The translations under genes and the position numbers were made by a program. Of a stretch of DNA of 32,000 nucleotides, positions 27,981 through 32,000 are shown piece after piece. The stretch is from Methanopyrus kandleri AV19. Its GTDB lineage: Archaea > JAADCQ01 > Methanopyri > Methanopyrales > Methanopyraceae. Within the stretch, counting starts at the first letter, position 1. The number at the start of each line of letters is the position of its first letter. The stretch spans positions 1,170,001 to 1,202,000 of the forward strand of contig NC_003551.1 of assembly GCF_000007185.1 (NCBI RefSeq), in the 5' to 3' direction. A model generated the notes under the pieces. The model did no database searches. It was given only the letters and a program-made list of their open reading frames with translations, and had not been told where the DNA came from.

Positions 27981-28446
27981 GCTCCTGCCCCCGTATCCTC
28001 TCGAGGTGCGTTTTGAAGTAGTCGGGTGAGTACTTGAGAACTACGACGCGCGACGCGATGAGTACGGTCAACATGGCGGTCACCGAGAGCATCTCCATGG
28101 GCCGTATGGTCCCTCGATAGTACTTCAGGAACGTCTCCCGGAGGATCATGATGATGGTGATGTCGACGACGTACCGCAGCGGCACGCGCCGGTGGCGTAG
28201 GGTCTCGAGTACGCTCTGGTAGACCTCGAGGAGCAGGAGCACGTCGAATACACATTCCACGATGAGGCCGAAGGTCATGCGGAAACGGACCTGATAGGGG
28301 CTGGTAAGGAACGTGCTCACGATGTCGTAAACGCCTACGCCGAAGATGAAGAGGGTGATGGCGAGAATCGAGATCATTACGATATGTACCGTGATATCGA
28401 GGAACTTGTATGCGAACCGGTTCAGCCGTTCGCTCAAGACGCTCAC
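27964..28446 (-). CDS. PsiE-like (phosphate-starvation-inducible E family) membrane protein
   Basis: 160 aa with four hydrophobic segments; FLDITVHIVMISILAITLFIFGVGV...VVDITIIMILRETFLKYY. Confidence 0.65.
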   Translation of the reverse strand: MSVLSERLNRFAYKFLDITVHIVMISILAITLFIFGVGVYDIVSTFLTSPYQVRFRMTFGLIVECVFDVLLLLEVYQSVLETLRHRRVPLRYVVDITIIMILRETFLKYYRGTIRPMEMLSVTAMLTVLIASRVVVLKYSPDYFKTHLERIRGQEREVER

Positions 28447-29651
28447 CCTAGGACGTCTTGGGGATCGACCAGCTCGCCCTCCGCCGCGGCGACAGCGGCC
28501 GTCACGGGACTCGCCAGGTATATCTCGGCCCTGCGGGAGCCCATCCTACCCGGGAAGTTCCGGTTTGCCGTGGAGACGCAGACGTCGTCGTCCCCGAGCA
28601 CTCCGAGGTGCTCGCCTAAGCAGGGTCCGCAGCCGGGTGGGGCGATCATGACGCCCATACGGATCAGTTTCAGGGTCAGCCCGGCCTCCGTCATACGCTC
28701 GAGCACGCGGCGGGACGCGGGCACGACCACGATCCGCACATCGGGGTGAGGACCGTCAAGTTCCTCCAGAATCTCGGTGAAGACCCTCACGTCCCTGTAG
28801 CGACCGTTGGTGCAGGACCCCACGAACACCCGGGTCACCTCCACGCCTTGAACGTCGCCCACTGGCCGCACGTCGTCGACGCGGTGTGGGACCGAGACCA
28901 CGGGCTCGACCTCGGAGGCGTCCAGCTCGATCACCTCGTCCGCGTCCCCGGGTCGGAGCTCCTCAGGGCCCTCCTTCGGGGGCACGTACGCGGACTTCGC
29001 CCCGGCCTCCGTGGCGAGATTACACAGGCACATACGGTCGCCGAGCGACATACGCTCGGGGAGCCCCGTGTACTCGAGGACCGCGTAGTCCGCGTACCCT
29101 GCGCCCAGCTCGCCGACCACGGTCAGGGCCAGGTCCTTGGCGGTGGCGGGTTCCTCCAGCTCGCCCTCGACGTGCACCCGCACGGTCCTCGGGACCCGGA
29201 TCCAGAGCTCGCCGTAGAGGAGGGCGAAGGCCATGTCCGTGCCTCCGAACCCGAACGCTAGGGCGGAGGCGGCTCCCGAGGTAGGGGTGTGGGAGTCGCC
29301 GCCGAAGACCACCCGACCGGGTCCCGCGTACCCCTCCTCGACGAGCACCTGATGGCAGACGCCCTCGTCCACGTGGACGTGCTCGATCCTGTGGCGGCGC
29401 GCGAACTCGAGGAGCTCGTTCTGGCGGTTCGCCGCCTCTACCGAGCTGGGGGGTACGGAGTGATCGAAGATCAGAACGACTTTCTCCGGACTCTCGACGC
29501 GCTCCACACCGAGCTCCCGCAGCGTCCTGAGGGCGGTCGCACCGGACCCGTCGTGCAGCATGATTACGTCGGGCTCCACGTACACGGTCTCGCCGGCCTC
29601 GACGGGCTCTCCAACCTTCTCCGAGAGGATCCTCTCCGCGACGGACGGCAC
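28443..29651 (-). CDS. leuC: 3-isopropylmalate/homoaconitate dehydratase large subunit
   Basis: PSVAERILSEKVGEPVEAGETVYVEPDVIMLHDGSG...VFGGDSHTPTSGA...VFVGSCTNGRYRDV...PPGCGPCLGEHLGVL...NRNFPGRMG. GTG at 29651 gives 402 aa; the longer track ORF start is antisense noise. Confidence 0.92.
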   Translation of the reverse strand: MPSVAERILSEKVGEPVEAGETVYVEPDVIMLHDGSGATALRTLRELGVERVESPEKVVLIFDHSVPPSSVEAANRQNELLEFARRHRIEHVHVDEGVCHQVLVEEGYAGPGRVVFGGDSHTPTSGAASALAFGFGGTDMAFALLYGELWIRVPRTVRVHVEGELEEPATAKDLALTVVGELGAGYADYAVLEYTGLPERMSLGDRMCLCNLATEAGAKSAYVPPKEGPEELRPGDADEVIELDASEVEPVVSVPHRVDDVRPVGDVQGVEVTRVFVGSCTNGRYRDVRVFTEILEELDGPHPDVRIVVVPASRRVLERMTEAGLTLKLIRMGVMIAPPGCGPCLGEHLGVLGDDDVCVSTANRNFPGRMGSRRAEIYLASPVTAAVAAAEGELVDPQDVLG

Positions 29652-29683
29652 GTTCGCTTCCCCCCTCCGGGGGATGGACGGGA

Positions 29684-30250
29684 TTGATCGTGATACGGTC
29701 CCGGCAGGAGGACTGCAGGAAGCTCCTCCGTCGGGCGTTGTGCGAGGTGGTGCTGCGGGAGGTCGGTCACCCGGCCTTCGCGTGTCCCACCGGGGGGCCA
29801 CCTTACTGCCATCCTCGGGACGTGGGTAAGTACCGGCCGCGGGGTTACCTCTCGATGTGGGACCTCGAGGCGGCCGGTAGGGTCCTGGAGTTGGGCCGCC
29901 GTTACCTGCGCGAGGAGGGTCTCTACGTGACGTGCCTCGTATGCGACCTCCTCGGACCGGTGGGCAGGTGCACGCTACCGGTGGAACCCTTGGAGCGGTC
30001 GGGACGGCGCGTCTCGGGGTTACGGATAGCACCCACCGGGGACGACCGACGGGACGGGCTGGTGAGACTGGCCCTGAGATGGCTCGCCGCGAACCCTTCG
30101 GCGTCGATCGAGGGGTCCTGGCCCGGCAAGACGGACGCGTTCCTGGAGTACGCGGAGGAGGCCCGGAAACTCATCGACTACCTGGATCGTCTCGGTCACC
30201 TCTCGATTCCAGCACATTCCGGACGATCTCCTCGAGCTTGGAGTCGGTGA
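29684..30250 (+). CDS. Hypothetical Cys-containing protein
   Basis: 188-aa ORF (TTG/GTG start): FACPTGGPPYCHPRDVGKYRPRGYLSMWDLEAAGRVLELG...VTCLVCDLLGPVGRC. Divergent from leuC, convergent overlap with leuA/aksA. Confidence 0.55.
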   Translation: MIVIRSRQEDCRKLLRRALCEVVLREVGHPAFACPTGGPPYCHPRDVGKYRPRGYLSMWDLEAAGRVLELGRRYLREEGLYVTCLVCDLLGPVGRCTLPVEPLERSGRRVSGLRIAPTGDDRRDGLVRLALRWLAANPSASIEGSWPGKTDAFLEYAEEARKLIDYLDRLGHLSIPAHSGRSPRAWSR

Positions 30251-31364
30251 CCCTGACACGCCGGTCCCCGAGCGCCTTGATCCGCTTGAGGACCTCCTCG
30301 ACGATCTCCTCCTCCGGTTCCACGCCCAGTTCCTCCAACTTCGCGACCACCGCCTTCCGCCCGGTGTGCTTACCGAGGACGATCTTCCGGTTCATACCCA
30401 CCTCCTTGGGGTCGATCGGCTCGTAGGTGCGCGGCTCCTCCAGAACCGCGGCCACGTGGATCCCGGACTCGTGCCTGAAGGCGTTCTCGCCCACGACGGC
30501 CTTGTTCGGGGGCACGTCGATACCGGAGTACTCCGAGACCTTCCTCGAGAGCTCCGCGAGCACCTCGGTGTTGAACCCCGGGTCGATCCCGTACAGCTCC
30601 TTGAGGGCCATGATCACCTCCTCGAGGGCTGCGTTACCCGCGCGCTCACCGATACCGTTCACCGTGGTGGAGATCGCCTGCGCCCCCGCCTCGACCGCGG
30701 CCAGCGAGTTGGCCACGGCCATGCCGAAGTCGTCGTGGCAGTGCACGCCGATCGGCAGGTCCACGACCTCGCGGATCTTCGCCACGAAAAGCCGCATCGC
30801 CGCCGGTATCATGACGCCGACGGTGTCCGTCGCGTGGACGCGGTCCGCCCCGCACTCCTCCGCCGTCCGGTACACCCTCTCCAGGAACTCGAACTCCGTC
30901 CTCGTCCCGTCCTCCGCGGAGAACGCCACCCACAGCCCGTGGTCCTTCGCGTACTCGACCGTGTCGGCGATCCGCTCGAGTACCTCCTCCCTCGACATCC
31001 GGAGCTTGTGCTTCAGATGCAGCTCGGAGGTGGCGATGAAGGTGATCACTCCGTCCACGTCGCAGTCCAACGCCGCGTCCACGTCACCACGTAGCGTCCT
31101 CGCCAGGCATAGAATGTCGGCGTTCAGTCCCTCGTGCGCGATCCTACGCACGGCGTCCCGCTCGCCCTCGGACACCACCGGGAACCCGGCCTCGATCTGC
31201 TGCACGCCCAGCTCGTCCAGTAGGTGCGCGATCTCCAGCTTCTGCTCGGGCGTGAAGCTGACACCCGGGGTCTGCTCACCGTCCCTCAGCGTCGTGTCGT
31301 AGACGATCACCTCGTCCGGGAGGTCCATCTCCCTAACGGCTTCACGTACGTACGGACTCTGCAC
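30171..31364 (-). CDS. aksA: 2-isopropylmalate/homocitrate synthase family (AksA/LeuA-like)
   Basis: DEVIVYDTTLRDGEQTPGVSFTPEQKLEIAHLLDELGVQQIEAGFP...VGVHCHDDFGMAVANSLAAVEAGA...STTVNGIGERAGNAALEEV...FRHESGIHV. No long LeuA C-terminal regulatory domain. Confidence 0.85.
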   Translation of the reverse strand: MQSPYVREAVREMDLPDEVIVYDTTLRDGEQTPGVSFTPEQKLEIAHLLDELGVQQIEAGFPVVSEGERDAVRRIAHEGLNADILCLARTLRGDVDAALDCDVDGVITFIATSELHLKHKLRMSREEVLERIADTVEYAKDHGLWVAFSAEDGTRTEFEFLERVYRTAEECGADRVHATDTVGVMIPAAMRLFVAKIREVVDLPIGVHCHDDFGMAVANSLAAVEAGAQAISTTVNGIGERAGNAALEEVIMALKELYGIDPGFNTEVLAELSRKVSEYSGIDVPPNKAVVGENAFRHESGIHVAAVLEEPRTYEPIDPKEVGMNRKIVLGKHTGRKAVVAKLEELGVEPEEEIVEEVLKRIKALGDRRVRVTDSKLEEIVRNVLESRGDRDDPGSR

Positions 31365-31368
31365 GTGC

Positions 31369-31722
31369 TCACCCCTCCAAGTCGTACGCGACCTCTAACC
31401 GCTCCAGGGTTACGACGCCCACGCCGAGACGCTCTTTGAGGAGCTCCAGCAGGCGCTCGACCTTCTCCCGACTGTCCACCACCTCGACGACCACGGGCAG
31501 GTTCATCGACGTCCTGAGGATGCGCGCCTCCGAGCGCCCGCGGCGGCCGCAGCCCGCGAAGCAGCGGTGCACGGTGGCCCCTCTCAGTCCGAGCTCGCGC
31601 ACGCGTTCGAGGATCCAGTCCACCGCGGGCACCCCATCGACCTTGTCTCCTTCCAACAGGTACACCTTCAGTTTCACCGGTTCTTCGATCTTCCTGACCA
31701 ACCTCACGCCCTCCCCGACCAT
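31369..31722 (-). CDS. DUF190 family protein
   Basis: KLKVYLLEGDKVDGVPAVDWILERVRELGLRGATVHRCFAGCG...LPVVVEVVDSREKVERLLELL; next to crcB as commonly seen. Confidence 0.85.
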   Translation of the reverse strand: MVGEGVRLVRKIEEPVKLKVYLLEGDKVDGVPAVDWILERVRELGLRGATVHRCFAGCGRRGRSEARILRTSMNLPVVVEVVDSREKVERLLELLKERLGVGVVTLERLEVAYDLEG

Positions 31723-32000
31723 ACCACGTGCGCCGCCGCCATGCCGCCGAGCACGGCCGCGATCCCGAGCACGACGTTAGCTGTTAAGTAAAGAATGGAG
31801 AGTACCGGCGAGGCCTTCAACAGCTCCACGGTCTCGTACGCCATCGTGCTCAGCGTGGTGAGGCCCCCGCAGAACCCCACCGTCGCGAGCGCGCGGACCT
31901 CTGGGGAGAGCCGCAGGCCGAGCATCGTCGACCAGGTGAGGAACCCTAGGACGAACGACCCGAGGACGTTCACGAGGACCGTCCCCATCGGGAACCCGCG
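31704..32000 (-). CDS. crcB: Fluoride exporter CrcB/Fluc, 5' end beyond window
   Basis: PRGFPMGTVLVNVLGSFVLGFLTW...LATVGFCGGLTTLSTMAYETVELL; frame remains open to the window edge. Confidence 0.88.
   Translation of the reverse strand, partial: RGFPMGTVLVNVLGSFVLGFLTWSTMLGLRLSPEVRALATVGFCGGLTTLSTMAYETVELLKASPVLSILYLTANVVLGIAAVLGGMAAAHVVWSGRA

Noticed and set aside
1-32000. CRISPR arrays, rRNA, tRNA, insertion sequences
   Set aside because: No regularly spaced direct repeats, tRNA/rRNA hallmarks, transposase motifs or terminal inverted repeats recognised by reading; an automated tRNAscan/CRISPR/IS scan would be needed to be certain.

Overview
The window is GC-rich, gene-dense archaeal DNA. Its content (AtwA/methyl-CoM reductase component A2, FmdE-like protein, archaeal apgM, AksA/LeuA-like and LeuC/LeuD-like enzymes, UPF0146, DRG GTPase) fits a hyperthermophilic methanogen, most likely Methanopyrus; that assignment is inference. 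The left ~14 kb is accessory-like: large secreted or membrane-anchored proteins, a NapH-like polyferredoxin operon with two Cys-containing surface proteins, an AT-rich minus-strand gene, and several genes broken by stops or frameshifts. The right ~18 kb is mostly housekeeping: atwA, RHH regulator, PAP2, Nif3-like, apgM, YqaA/VTT, purE, cbiC-like, ilvD, marC, drg, NTP transferase, tatA, UPF0146, leuD/psiE-like/leuC, leuA/aksA, DUF190, crcB. The most interesting signals are: (1) an apparently decayed Tat-signal, membrane-type [NiFe]-hydrogenase small+large subunit locus (25.05-26.97 kb), sitting beside tatA and joined by an ATGA overlap to a UPF0146 gene; (2) the polyferredoxin / Cys-motif surface protein operon (8.57-10.34 kb); (3) a run of interrupted reading frames: an amber stop at 10875, a -1-type frameshift in a GH114-like gene near 13150, and two in-frame UGA codons at 13759-13767; (4) a PsiE-like membrane protein gene overlapping both neighbours between the large and small subunits of an isopropylmalate/homoaconitate dehydratase; (5) a near-perfect AT palindrome between a tandem-RHH regulator and a PAP2 gene. 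No CRISPR array, rRNA, tRNA or IS element was recognised.
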